Positions 49,304-62,202 of a DNA stretch of 64,000 nt are shown in pieces (position 1 is the first letter of the stretch; each line of letters begins with the position of its first letter). The notes beneath the pieces are model-generated. The model did no database searches. It was not told where the DNA came from and worked only from the letters and a program-made list of their open reading frames with translations. Source of the stretch: Carcharhinus amblyrhynchos (taxonomy: Eukaryota); contig OZ336881.1 in NCBI GenBank assembly GCA_965287045.1, positions 1,302,001 to 1,366,000 of the forward strand. The letters run 5' to 3'. The position numbers were made by a program, and so were the translations under genes.

Positions 49304-52300
49304 ACGTGAACTTTTAAGTGTTTGATGTGGAAACGATTGTTGTCGATGTTTTGCCCTGATTGTTGTGTCCTGGATTTCTGTGAAAGGGTTTTTTACCCCG
49401 AGTTTGTTTCCAGCGGGCCAGTTTCTCTCGGGGTTTCCCTGGATTAGAGATGATTCACTTTATCGGGACACTTTCCTTTAAACGGGAGCTACTTAAAACC
49501 ATCCAGAATTGATGTTCCATTCAACCAAGAAAGTTTTAGCAACAACAGAAATTACATTCTGTTTGGTAACGGTCAAAGTTTGGATTTAATTATAAACAAA
49601 TAAAATGTGTCTAAAATGCCGCGAGATGAATCTGAAAAGTTTCTCATCTCTGGCGGTTATTAACTCCTTCCTGAGCTTCCCGGACTGGGGCGAATCTCCA
49701 GCCCAAATCTAACAATCTCATCAAAATTAAAAATAAAACTCCATCCAGTTTTCCAGCAGTATTTGAATGGTTAGATCTGAGCGTGTTTTCATTTTGTATC
49801 TTTTAACATTATTATTCTACAGGTAAATAATTCCCCAACAATCAGGATTTCCGTTCATCCCTTTTAACATCAGGAACAATCAATGTGACCGGTTTTAATC
49901 AACGTCTGAATATTGCGTCAAAACGTTATCTTTATTAATAAACTAGCGCGGATTCAGTTCCTTTAAATGTTCGAATACAAGTTTGTCGGCGGCTGCTTTT
50001 TGTGTTGAAGCTTCTGGATGAGTGTCAGTCCCTTCTTCAGTCTCTGGATGTGAACGCGCCAACAAGAACCAGCCGCAGATTAAAGTTTAAACTTCTCTCT
50101 TCCTGATCCTAACCTGACATTGCTGCCGGAGACAAATTCTACAGACCGTCACCAAACTGCTGCCTTTAGGATAAAGAATTCACCATCGGGGCAGTTACAG
50201 GTCGCAGCTGATCTATTACCATGTGATCATTTCCAATTCTTACAATTTTCCTCTGAGTTTTAATTGACACGAAATTCTGCGGATTGATTTGTGATGTTTA
50301 ACTTTGGAACTATTCTCACGTGAGCTCGGCAGTTAGTGAAGGAACATTTACCCTAAACCCGGCTAACAGGAACCCGGCTGCACTTTACAGAAACCTCCAA
50401 ATATAAACGTTTCAATATCTCTTCACGCAGAACACATTGTGCAAAACATTGACTATTCCACAAAGCTTAGAAACTTGCTGATTCTGAGGCAGTGTCATAT
50501 ACTGCGCACCTCCTAAGGGTAAAGTTGAGGGTATATTTTTAATTTAGGTTAATGTAGGCTATTCATTCCTTGGAGGGAGATTAGAAAAAAACAATTTTCC
50601 AGGCCCCATCTGTTTACATGGAGTCTTTTGCAAAAGTCTGATTAAAACCCTGACTAATGAAACAGGGTGCAAGTTCATCGCAGTCCCGTTCTCCAAGATT
50701 AAATAGTGAACAAGTTCTGACGGCCGATGTCCACTCCAATACTTTCAAATTAATTCGCTGATGTGGTCAGTTTGTGCCATTTAGTTTTCTAGGACAGCTC
50801 TTGACAATCGCTGGCGCTCACATATCATATACAATATCATATCTAATGCAAACAGCTCTGGAACGGACTCCTCTTTTAATCCATGCGAAAGCAGACTTTT
50901 GGTCACGAAACGCAAACTAAATAAGCCGCACACTGTATGTTGGGGGGGGGGGGTCTTTCGGGTACACTGTATGTTGGCAGTGTTTACTATCATTGCGACA
51001 AGCAGAGATGGCGAGTAAATCTAATCTTCACCGTGTTAAAGGAACAGCCGCCCCATCAATCTACCCGTTTCATATGAAATAAGTTATGAAGTAAAATAAG
51101 CGGCCGTTTATTGTGTAAATAATAATTGTATTCTTTAATTAAACTACGATATCAGAAATAACAACACAATCATCGCCCCAGCCACATATTAGGCGTTATT
51201 TATTCAAACATTTTAATAGTTTCTAATTGTAGAGTTAGATGGTGTCACTGTAACATCGCTATCCCATCACTACATTCTCGCAGTAGTCAGTCCCTTTCTT
51301 ACCTGTTAATTCCTGAACGCACATTAGGGTTAGGAGACGCTACAAACGCTCTGAAAACAGTTAAAACAAAGCTCAGACACACAGTTTAAAAACTTTTCCA
51401 TCCTTCACCTGCTGAATGAAGAGTTGATGAAGGGGTTTTAGTCACGAGCGAGACTCTTGTGATTATTACATCTGGCCCTTTGAAGAGCTTAAATGTTGCT
51501 TTAGGTGTTGCTCACTAGGATTCCAATCTCCTTTTCACGGAGGCAGTTACACAATCCTTGATATGATTTCCTTCTCTCTGTAAAGCAAATTAAACCAAGT
51601 GTGGCCGTTACAAGCTGCTGGACACAATATTCCCGGACCCCGCTCGCAACGCCGCTCCTGAACCACATTATTCCACATTTTATTTATTTTTGTCTATGTG
51701 AGAATCAGTTTTCGGAATTCCTCGTCACTCTCCCTTTAACCTTTGAAGGAACAACAGACAAAACTTTTTTTCTCTCTCCTGCTCCAATCCAGGGTTTTAG
51801 TCTCGGCTTTAAGAAAATTCTCCTGCAATTTCGGATTAGACAAATACTCTTATTACAAAGGTTGGTGCTACTTGATACCTTAATACTTGGTCAGGCTTGG
51901 TCAGTGCATCTTAAACAGAGACTTCACACAATAAAAACAACCAGTAAATCTTTGCGATTGCTATAGAGGTGCACTCGATTGTGAGTCAGCGGGCAAATTA
52001 GCAAGATGTTTTGTGTGCTTAATACGAGTTAAAAACTAGGATTTTAAAAAATGTGTATCTTTAGTTTTGCAATAGAATCGCGGTCTGGTGACTCTCAAAC
52101 GGTAACGCAAATCGAGTTTTTGTGGATTAGAAAACGATTGAAATAGTTTCCATAAATATAGAAAATATAACCTTATCGATAACTGTAACAAGAGATGAAT
52201 AATCACATTCCGACAATAGCAGAACATCCCAAACGGTGCAGTCTGTAATACAGAATACATTTTAACAATCACATCAGTTGTGATCTTACATTTTTTCCGA

Positions 52301-53699
52301 CGTATTAGCATTTTTTACGATTAGCAAAAATACGTGTTAATCCCGAACAATTTCTAATTATTTCCAATGGTTAGTCGCATCTTGTTCATGGTAACGAGAT
52401 GTTATTATCATGGAAATCATCTACCCCAGTGTAAAATTATCTTCCTTGAAGTTTCACTTCTCAAACACAGCGAAGAAAAACACAAACAAAAAAAAACTTG
52501 TTGAAAAGTATTATTTGGTGAGTTTGGGCTGAATTGATCAGCTGGTTCTTTTGTTATGAAAGGTGCTTGTGTCGATGACTTTAGTGAACTATAAGGGAAG
52601 TCTTACAAGACTTCCCTTTGATGAGCTGCTCCTTATAGTAAAAAATGTAATTTGGCCGGCTGGCGGATCGGGGCTTTGAACATTAACTCGCTTTCAGTTC
52701 CCGCTTCAATTAGAATGAGTTGATTTTCTGTGAACAACAAAAGGGTGACCGAAGCCTTATCAACTCCCCGAACCTTTCAGAAACAGTTAAGGAAACACTG
52801 GGCCCTCCATGATATTCTGTTACCGGATTTTATTTGTTCACTAAATAAAAGTGACGCTTGGAAAACGGGTTCTTTGATAAGAAGCGCCGACAGAACTTGT
52901 CCAATTCATTTATTTTCCGCGCCGGCGTATTTTTTCTTTTGAGATTTCGATTAAAGGCAGGTCCCATTAAACTTTACGCTCACTATTCCGAAATGTAATT
53001 CTAAGTGGGGATTAGGCCGTCATCAATATTCATGAGAAGGTACAATTTCAAACAAAAAACATCTCGACACATATTTCTAGGGGTAATTATTTTACAAGAA
53101 TCGAACTTGGGGAGAAGAAAATCCCAAAACCAAAGCCGTAGGAAGAGAGATCATCTTTCATTTATGACCAACATTCGTTTAAAGTTAAACTAAGTTTAGC
53201 AAATTGTCCACAGAAACATTGAAAGATTGGATTGACCAAAATACTGATGTTTCGGTGAAAATTAATGTTTCCTCTTTTTCATCCTGTTGTCAATGAGGAA
53301 ACTTGGAACGAAAAAGATGTCTAGAATACATCTAAGGGCACAAACAGGTTTGACCTGCCCTGTCCAATATCTCTGCCTATTGTACAATCATTCTATAAAT
53401 TTCAGCAGTTACTGACTAGGTGCCAGTTACACTGATGGAAGGTGACAGGGAACATATTTCCAGGAATGTTGTCTGAACTTTTCAGCCTCATAACAATCTG
53501 TTAGTTTTAGTGCCTGGACTCCCACAACACTAACTACCTCCAACAATTCACTCCTGTCCAGCCACAGAGAATCAATAACTTAACTGGAGAGAAATGGATA
53601 GTTTGGGCCATTTTCTTGCTGGGAGATTTTTGTGCCGACCAATTTCTACTGACCTTTTTACCAAGCTTTGTAAGAAGTGTATTATGCCTCTGGGAAAGT

Positions 53700-53845
53700 A
53701 GTGCGAGCGGCGTTTCCGGGCAACGGGTTGTCAATCCTGAGCAGAGGGCGAGGGGATTGGCGAGTGGCGGTGCTGCGTCAGGCTGGCGCTGAGATAGAGA
53801 AGGCTGCGCCGGGGCGCGGTGATCAGACTCCAGTGCAGCAGCCAG
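53700..53845 (+). promoter_or_regulatory. Candidate OTX1 promoter / first non-coding exon
   Basis: Local CpG- and GC-rich patch with reverse CCAAT (gattgg 53755-53760), tgcgtca CRE-like site, and possible donor cag|gtacaa at 53846. Confidence 0.5.
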
Positions 53846-53925
53846 GTACAAACTGGAACACTCACCAACTTTCCCCACACTCTCTCACTCAGTGCACTAG
53901 ACACACGTTGAATCTCAGCCACTTC

Positions 53926-53944
53926 CCCCCACCCTCCCCCCCCC

Positions 53945-53977
<33 letters not shown>
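53926..53977. repeat. poly-C plus (CA)n microsatellite
   Basis: Directly visible. Confidence 0.9.
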
Positions 53978-53979
<2 letters not shown>

Positions 53980-54065
53980 CCCCAACTTTGTGTGGGGGGG
54001 TTTCTGGACAGGAGGCCATTCTGTCCGTTGCACCCAGACTAACCTTGTGTCATGTTGTATTGCAG

Positions 54066-54132
54066 AGTGGGCAAGTGGCTACTTTCACTCACTGACTTTA
54101 TTTGTATTCAGCCGAATAAAAACACTTGGCAG
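54066..54132 (+). other. Candidate OTX1 5' non-coding exon
   Basis: tgtattgcag| acceptor and consensus donor CAG|gtgagt; 67 nt. Confidence 0.5.
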
Positions 54133-56190
54133 GTGAGTGTCAGACTTGTATTTATTCTGTAAAGTGTCTCGGAAGTAATTCATGTAAATACTGGAAACAG
54201 TTTTTTTAAAGAACTAGTTTGGGGGTGTGGTAAGTTTTTAAAATGAAAGGTAACTTGCTGAAGCGGCTATTTCGGTGATGAGTTTCTGAATTATTTTTAT
54301 AGTATTTCTATTTTGATACACTGCTAAATATTTTTGATAGCCGCTCTAACTGCTTCTAAAGTACTTGTTTAATTTGCTTCATTTTTCACTCGGAAATTTT
54401 ACAATTGTAGCTTCCAAGGGTCTAATGAAAAGCCTTGAATCCACTCAGCGGCTAATTGGAGAGGCGTGTTTTCGTTTTTTGTTCATTTATTTTGCTGATA
54501 AGGTTTCTCTTTAAATTGTCTCCCCCGAGGTCTAATCTAAATTGTAATTGAGTTAATTTGCACACCGCTATCGCCTTTTAAATGAGCGCACGGTTTTATC
54601 TGGGTCCCGTGGAGGTGAAAATTTGGTTTAGGGAACTGTTGATTGGGAATAACTGCAATTTTAGCTGTCGGTTAATTTTCTCTGCAAGTGCTGTGATGCT
54701 ATCGTTACTGTTTTGAGTGTATTCCATTAAAATGTCTACATTGCATATTCAAATTGATCTAATTGTTTCTTTAATTGGAAACAGCTTTTTTGAGGCAAAA
54801 ATTTGTTTTTGGGGTTTCATAAACAGACAGATCTGATGGACTAAATGTGTTTTTTCTGAAATAGGATTCTAAAGAATTTAAAAACCAACAGGAAACAAGA
54901 TCTCGTTAGTTTATCCTCCTGTTTAAATCGCTGTTAACGTTTTATTTCCCTTAAACTCCCTTCCATGATTCTAATTTACTTTGCAATCGACTTTTTAAGA
55001 GTTTGAAGACGCCAGGACTTGTTTGATTTGCTCAATTTGAATTTTAACTCCAGTTTTATTAACTAAGTCACCGGTTAGACTTAATCTTTTAACTCTCATT
55101 ACGGTACAGCTCACCTAACTACAAGGTACAGGAAACTTGAGTCAAATGTGTTCTTGAGATAAATGAAGTTTTTAAAAACAAAACATATTGTGGGAGTTGG
55201 AGGAAGATTAAAATCCAGCGAGTGTCTGTAATTAAGGGACGCGCGCCTGTGGAATTATCTCATTAGTCTATCAGGACACATCCGACAAAGAACTCTACAT
55301 CACATGAATGATTCCTTTAATCGCCAGACATAACGCCGGCTTCAATTGTGGAGAACATTCTCTTCCAAAAAAAGTAATATTGAAGTGTTGGCGGCTGCAG
55401 AGTTGGAGCAGATTCTCTGTCTCTGTCACCCCGACCCCAGTCAATGAGATTAGATTTAAAAACTGTACTCGGAAGCGGATGGTCTAAAGTGGAGTTTTGT
55501 TCCTAGTTTGTAAATATTTTGGGGCCGAATGTCTGCTCCAACGCTTTTTACTTTAGAACCTTTAAACATTTAGTCATGAAGTTAACTTTTCCTTAATTCC
55601 AAAAACAACACTTTCTCGGCCCAGAGAATCCATAACTTTTTTTGTTTATCACAAGTTCTTGCGGCAAATATATAAAAAAATGAAGTTTTTCCCAAACTAT
55701 CCAACCATTTTGAATCTACTGACCTTGACAATTTCTACTTTACACTGCGGCCCATTTGATTTTATTATTGGGGGTTCGGTAGTGTGATGGGCCGCAGTGT
55801 AATGCAGGCTTGGGGGTGGGGGGCAGTGTAGGTATTAAACCCTTCAGGCTCCGGACTACAAGCGACACATTTTTTACTTTTGGATGTTTGAATATCGATT
55901 TTACAGTGAAGTAAATTGAGGTGAATATTTGTAAGTATTTATGATTGGGTTCAGTTATTCCCTGTTCTTGAATGAAGTTACATCCCGTTAGTGAACTGGC
56001 CTTAACTCAGATGCAACAAATTCTTCAGCTCCCTCTGGCCTTTCCATCTCCAGTAAAGAGACAAGTTGTTTCTCTCTCTTTAGCGAACACTCCAGCTGTC
56101 TGGGATCAAAGTTTGGGACAATCCGAACGGAAAATCGAAATAAAATTCAAGGTTTTGAAGATTTGAAAAGCAAATCGTCCAGATTTTAGC

Positions 56191-56287
56191 ATGATGTCAT
56201 ACCTCAAACAGCCTCCTTATGGCATCAACAGTCTGAGTTTGGCAACGCCAGCGATGGACTTGCTCCATCACTCAGTCGGATACCCGG
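56191..56287 (+). CDS. OTX1: Orthodenticle homeobox 1, first coding exon (likely acceptor at 56083/56084)
   Basis: ttagcATGATG; [32 protein letters not shown]; donor G|gtaagg. Confidence 0.97.
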
Positions 56288-56465
56288 GTAAGGAGTTTTT
56301 AAACATTTAATCGCAGCAAACTTGGTCAACTCAGAGGATTTGATTGTAAAGTTTTTAGATTCAATTGTAATTTGCACAATCTCGGTAAATAACTCCTGTT
56401 TTGTTAAGATTATATTGAATGTAGAAAATATCGCCGAGATCTTTAGAAATCAAACTCCCTTCTGA

Positions 56466-56696
<231 letters not shown>

Positions 56697-57760
56697 TAAT
56701 CACCAGAGAAACTGTAACTTTTCAACCACCAGCAAACTTCCCCAAAGTTAGTTTAGTCCCGAAGCTCCCTCAGGTTAAACTGTCCCAGGACTTGGGGCAG
56801 ATGGTTTTAAACTATTGTCTCAAGTATTTTGCTTTTTAATAACTTTGGAACTTGGCGGAAATGTGACCCATCTCACTGGTTATACATTTCAAATTCCAAA
56901 TGTCACGGAATTTTAATTTCTTGAAGCGAAATAATCTGAGGATATTTCCGATTTAAACGGTTGATTTTGTAAAATTTAAATCATTCCTTAAACCGCTGAA
57001 ACCAATCGCTGTTTGCAAAATAGATTCCAATCTGCAAAAACCCTCCTGGAAACATCCAGTGTCGGGTTTGCAAATTATTTTTTCTCAATCTGATTCTCGG
57101 ATTAATTTTAAATTATCTCCAACTCTGAATCTGGGTTTGGCCGAATCTCCTCCTGAATCAGGTTAACCTTCTGGAACATTCCCGCCAACCTGACAAGATT
57201 TTAAACTTTTAATTCAAGGGAATTAAAAATTGATACAAAATGAATGAATCGAATTTTCCAACAGACCAAAAATGATCAACTCTCCCCCGGAAACAGTTAG
57301 TTTAAATATTAAATATGATGGGAATCGGTGCCGTTCCCCAACACTTGGCGGTCAGTCAGATGTTTCAATAAATTTTGCACTGAGTTGGGGCAATGCAGAG
57401 AATTGATTTTATCGAATGGCGAAAAGCTTCAGTTCCCTGGGTTAAGGAGTTTAAATTTATTCACTTTCTAATGATAAAATCATGCATAATTTTAGGAAAT
57501 CAAAAGGCTGAAGGTTATTGGGAGAGTCAGAAGTTTATTTTACTTTTTCTAAAGTTCTAACGTGATGTCAGATTTAAGTTTTTCATTTTAAGGTTAATCT
57601 AAAACTTTCCCAGTTTAAAAACTCACTGATTTTAAAGAGGTGAATTTTGACATCTTTGAGTTTTTGAGAATTGATTCCCGCTCCAGGACTAATGTCATGC
57701 TGTCTCTGTCTGTCTCCCTCTCCCTGTTTCTCCCTCTTTCCCCCCCTGTCCTATCTCCAG

Positions 57761-58462
57761 GTTTGGTTTAAGAATCGCCGGGCTAAGTGTCGCCAGCAGC
57801 AGCAGAACGGCGGCAGCGCCAAATCGCGTCCAGCCAAGAAGAAATCATCGCCGACCCGGGAGAGCAGCGGATCGGAAAGCAGCGGCCAGTTCACCCCTCC
57901 CGCCGTCTCCAGCTCCTCCAACAGCGGCGCCCCCGCCAGCAGCAGCAACCCGGCCGCCTCGGTGCTCAGCACCCCCGCATCCATCTGGAGCCCGGCGTCC
58001 ATCTCCCCGGGGGCCGCAGTGGGGGAGCCTCTGGCGGCCAGTGCCTCCTGTATGCAGCGCTGCTCTTCCTCCAGCTCCTCCAGCGCTTACCCCATGGCTT
58101 ATGGTCAAAGCAGCGGTTACAGCCAAGGCTACCCGGCCTCTTCCTCCTATTTTAGCGGCGTGGATTGCAGCTCCTACCTGGCACCCATGCATTCTCACCA
58201 CCCTCACCACCCTCACCACCAGCTGTCTGCCCATGGCGCCGCCCTCAGCCCCATGGGCACCTCATCCATGTCTGGGCATCACATCAGCCAGAGTGCCCAT
58301 CATCACCACCATGCCCACCAGAGTTACACTGGAGCAGGACTGGCTTTTAATTCAGACTGTCTGGATTATAAAGAGCAAACCTCCTGGAAACTGAACTTCA
58401 ACACAACGGATTGTTTGGATTACAAAGATCAGACTCCCTCCTGGAAATTTCAAGTCTTATGA
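57761..58462 (+). CDS. OTX1: OTX1 third coding exon
   Basis: Polypyrimidine tract then ctccag|; [12 protein letters not shown] (K50 homeodomain), SIWSPAS motif, His-rich tracts, duplicated Otx tail [15 protein letters not shown] / [17 protein letters not shown]; His tracts, RSQLD and linkage to EHBP1 favour OTX1 over OTX2/OTX5. Confidence 0.97.
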   Translation, partial: VWFKNRRAKCRQQQQNGGSAKSRPAKKKSSPTRESSGSESSGQFTPPAVSSSSNSGAPASSSNPAASVLSTPASIWSPASISPGAAVGEPLAASASCMQRCSSSSSSSAYPMAYGQSSGYSQGYPASSSYFSGVDCSSYLAPMHSHHPHHPHHQLSAHGAALSPMGTSSMSGHHISQSAHHHHHAHQSYTGAGLAFNSDCLDYKEQTSWKLNFNTTDCLDYKDQTPSWKFQVL

Positions 58463-58737
58463 ACCCCATTTTATTGCGGCCGATTTGAGTGTTTTAAACA
58501 ATTGTCACCAAACCCATTTTAAGAACTTGTTGCTTTCTGCGCTGACGGAAGTCTTGTCTGAAAGTTCCCGTTGTGTTTACTGGTTTATTTCCTTCGATCT
58601 TTTAGGTATTTGACAATCAACATGGTATCTGTTTTAAATTGGATATTGAGTGTAGGTGTTTGGAGTTGTCGAGTAGACAGAACCAATCTCATTGTCATAC
58701 CCTAGAATGCAACACTGTACATCTGAGAAAACTTTCC

Positions 58738-58743
58738 AATAAA
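58738..58743 (+). terminator. Candidate proximal OTX1 polyadenylation signal (a second AATAAA lies at 60281-60286)
   Basis: AATAAA hexamers downstream of the stop; usage cannot be determined from sequence. Confidence 0.35.
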
Positions 58744-61248
58744 ATGTATTGAACTAAATGTACGGCAAATTTTCTGAACTTTAAAATCTCTGGTGAGTTC
58801 GTTTCGTTGATCCTAATCTCTGGCTGCAGAGTATATTTTGTCAGGTATATATTGGTGTGTAAATATATATATTGATATATCGGTCAATGCGTATTGGCCA
58901 TTTTTTTTAGCTAATTGAATTTGACCAAATTCTCTTTGGAGAGAAAACGAACTCGACTCGGATTAACCTTTTGCCAAATGAATGCGGTCAAAGCAAGTTT
59001 CAGGTGAATGTTGCAAAGATTTCCAGAGTCTTTTTCCTGACATCCCGGAGCCTGTTGTACAAATATTGTAGCAGAAATCCCATATTCCAGATGTGGGGGG
59101 GGGGGGGGACATGTGTGTAAATGAATGGTCACGCTGATTTTTGTCGCTAAATGAAGTTATTTTGCGGATTAGATCTTTTACTCATCCACTGTTGAAAGTA
59201 TTTAAGGCTTGGCCATTATACATATGACGTTATATAATTAAATGACATTACAGAGAACCCCGTGTGTGCCTGACTTGCTCTTTTCCTCTGGTTAAATCGA
59301 TGTTACTCCCAAACTTTGAGAATTTACGCAGAGTTTTTAAATTGCTACTTTAAGCTTTGCCAATTAATTCTCTCCCTTTCCTGTGCCGTGAAATTTTCGA
59401 TTTTAGTTTTTAAAATGTCACCCAGTAGCGAAGCAGAATTAAATTCATCTTTTTAATCCCTGGATTGTAAAAGTGAATATTCTAACAGTTTTACAGCTGG
59501 AAAGATCCAGTCACTAATTTAGGACTAATAGAATTTGCTCTGGACTTTCTCAGTTCTCCATGAACTAAAATACTTCTAAACATTCTGTACTCTGCGCCTT
59601 CGAAGGCGCAATGGTTGCGGTTTGTACATATTTAAATTTTCGTACTCCCGGGTTAAAACCAAAGGGCAAGTTATTTCTTTCAACTATTTAATGAGGCCTA
59701 AAATTAAATTTCTAATATTCCAGCCTTCCAGTTTGAATTTGAGGACACGCTGTTTTTTAAATAATGATCTATGAACACAAGGTGGACAGTGAAATGGGGG
59801 CAGCAGGTTTATATAGAAGGGTTTAACCCCTGTTAAGGATGTGTAAAGTCAGGGCAATGACGCTTGATGAATTCCTCATTTCGGAGCGCTGGAAGAGAGA
59901 AATGGGCCGAAAGGCTTTCTACTGTAAGGATTCTGTGAATATTATTTGGCTACAATTTTACCGGTCATTTTAACACTTCATTTCCTCAGCGGGGATGGTT
60001 AATGACCGGTACCGTGTAACTCAGCTCATTGCTGTTAGGAGGAATAGGAGACAAAATTTGGTAAGTGATTTTTTTTTCCCCCTAATCTTCCCTCTTAATT
60101 CGGGATTGCCGCAAGATTATTACAGCGAAGTAAAATATATAGATCTAATATTGAGATGAAATGTGCTGTGGTTTCTCCTGAGAATTTCTTTTACACAGGC
60201 TCTTTGTATAATCATTAAATCGTTCAATCTTGTGTTTTAAGTATCTTTTTGTATAAAGAGATCTGTCCATTTATGTAATGAATAAATTGGAGAAAATGTG
60301 TTAAATCTTACCATTTCATACGTTTTTCCCACAAAACACCTTGAATGTTATTGGAGATAATATCCTGTGACAAGTTGCTCTGTTTCCTCCCACTAAATGA
60401 CCCCAGTATTTTAGTTCATTTAAGTTGATGGGCAGTTCTGGGACAGAGTATTAAATTATAGACACAGCTGATGGAATTGAAAGCAAGAGGACCCACACAC
60501 TACAAGCAAATATTTCACTCTTGTTCTAAATTACCATCTAGGGTGCAGGAATCCATTGTACACAATTGCGAAATGTCTGGGATAGCAATTTGCTTCTGAT
60601 CTGTTGCCCATGTAATTTCGAAAATGTATAAATCCTCTTAGCTAATTTCTATATTGCAGGAAGATTCCTTTCTAGTAATTGGATCAATAAAACTCGTTTT
60701 GATCAAATCCTCTCCAGTATTTGATACACCATAGTGCATTTGCTTTTGAAAGTGGCATTGACTGTCTAAAGTGTGATTGTTTAATGTGCCATGTCTGTAA
60801 TGTAAGAGATTTTGAGTAAATGTTCTCAAGTCTTTTTCTTTTTCATCCTCTTTAGTGTTTTCCATGCATCGCTCAGTCACTATCTGTAGCAGGATGAAGA
60901 AACTCTTTAATCTACCGTTGCATTCTCAAACCAGGTAACCACAAAATATCTAGTGAATTATGTGGGTGAATGAAGTAATGCAATAGCTCAAACAGGATTT
61001 TTTAAAATAATAAATGCAGCAAAGTTAATGTAAAGTTTCTGAATAAACCATTTTTGGTGTCAAACTTCAAAATTTCTGGTATAAATTTTAACACTGGAAA
61101 GGTTACTGTGTTTGAAAGACATTTGAGCTCTCCAGGGAGTTAACCACTTGCTGCGTGTTCTATGCATCATATTTACCACTTTTAACATCCCAAGGTGCTT
61201 CACCTAAGCATAATGAAACAGTACGTCACTGAGTAACCCAGATATTGG

Positions 61249-61817
61249 TGAGGCTGCAGCTGGAGTACTGTGTGCAGTTTTGGGCGCCGCACCTGCGCAA
61301 AGATATTTTGGCCTTGGAGGGAGTGCAGAGGAGGTTTACTAGGCTGATACCGGAGTTGAGGGGGTTGAGCTATGAGGAGAGGCTGAATAAACTAGGCTTG
61401 TACTCGTTAGAGTTTAGAAGAATGAGGGGAGATCTCATTGAGACATATAAGATGATGAATGGGATGGATAGGATAGAGGTGGAGAGACTCTTCCCGCTCA
61501 AAAAAGACAGTAGGACGAGGGGGCACAGCCTCAAGATAAAAGGGGGGCGGTTTAGAACGGAGTTGAGGAGGAACTTCTTCACTCAAAGGGTGGTGAATCT
61601 CTGGAATTCTCTGCCCGTTGAGGTGGTGGAGGCTGCCTCGCTCAATATTTTTAAGACGCGGGTTGATGGGTTTTTGATAAGCGAGGGGATTAAGGGTTAT
61701 GGGGAGAGGGCGGGAAAGTGGAACTGAGCAGTGACAGATCAGCCATGATCTTATTGAATGGCGGGGCAGGCTCAAAGGGCTAGATGGCCTACTCCTGCTC
61801 CTATTTCTTATGTTCTT
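61249..61817 (+). mobile_element. Young 5'-truncated CR1 LINE with uninterrupted ORF2 C-terminus
   Basis: ORF 61245..61727 VRLQLEYCVQFWAPHLRKDI...GYGERAGKWN has no stops; tail ttcttatgttctt; direct repeat atattgg at 61242-61248 and 61818-61824. Confidence 0.93.
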
Positions 61818-62097
61818 ATATTGGGTCAGATGATCTAATGTGTCGGTCAGGGGCAAGGTTTTTTTTAAGGCCTACCTTTTTAAAGGTGGTAAAATTGGAT
61901 GAGGTCTAGATTAGAATTTCAGGAGTTGGGCCCGAGGCAACTAAAGGTACAACCAGTAATGTTAGGAAGCTGAGATGCTTGAGGCCAGAATGGAGGTGTG
62001 CCAATATCTTGGAAGGTGAGGCTGGAGGAGAAAAGGAAGTGATGAGGATACACAGACAGTTGAAAATGGTGAGAATTTTCAAATCGAGAAAAGTGAA

Positions 62098-62202
62098 GTT
62101 TGTTTATTTAGTCACAAGGATTACATTAACACTGCAATGAAGTTACTATAAAATTCCCCTTGTCGCTGCACTCCGGCACCTGTTCAGGTCAACAATGCAC
62201 CT
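62098..62202 (-). mobile_element. SINE 3' fragment (tail of the 42428/44090 subtype)
   Basis: tttattagtcacaagg...acattaacactgcaatgaagttact is the reverse complement of the tail at about 42650-42705. Confidence 0.75.

Noticed and set aside
57671-57760. N-terminal part of the 263-aa ORF
   Set aside because: Intronic polypyrimidine tract; the real exon starts at 57761
57751-58394. Overlapping alternative-frame and antisense ORFs in OTX1 exon 3
   Set aside because: Shadow ORFs of GC-rich coding sequence
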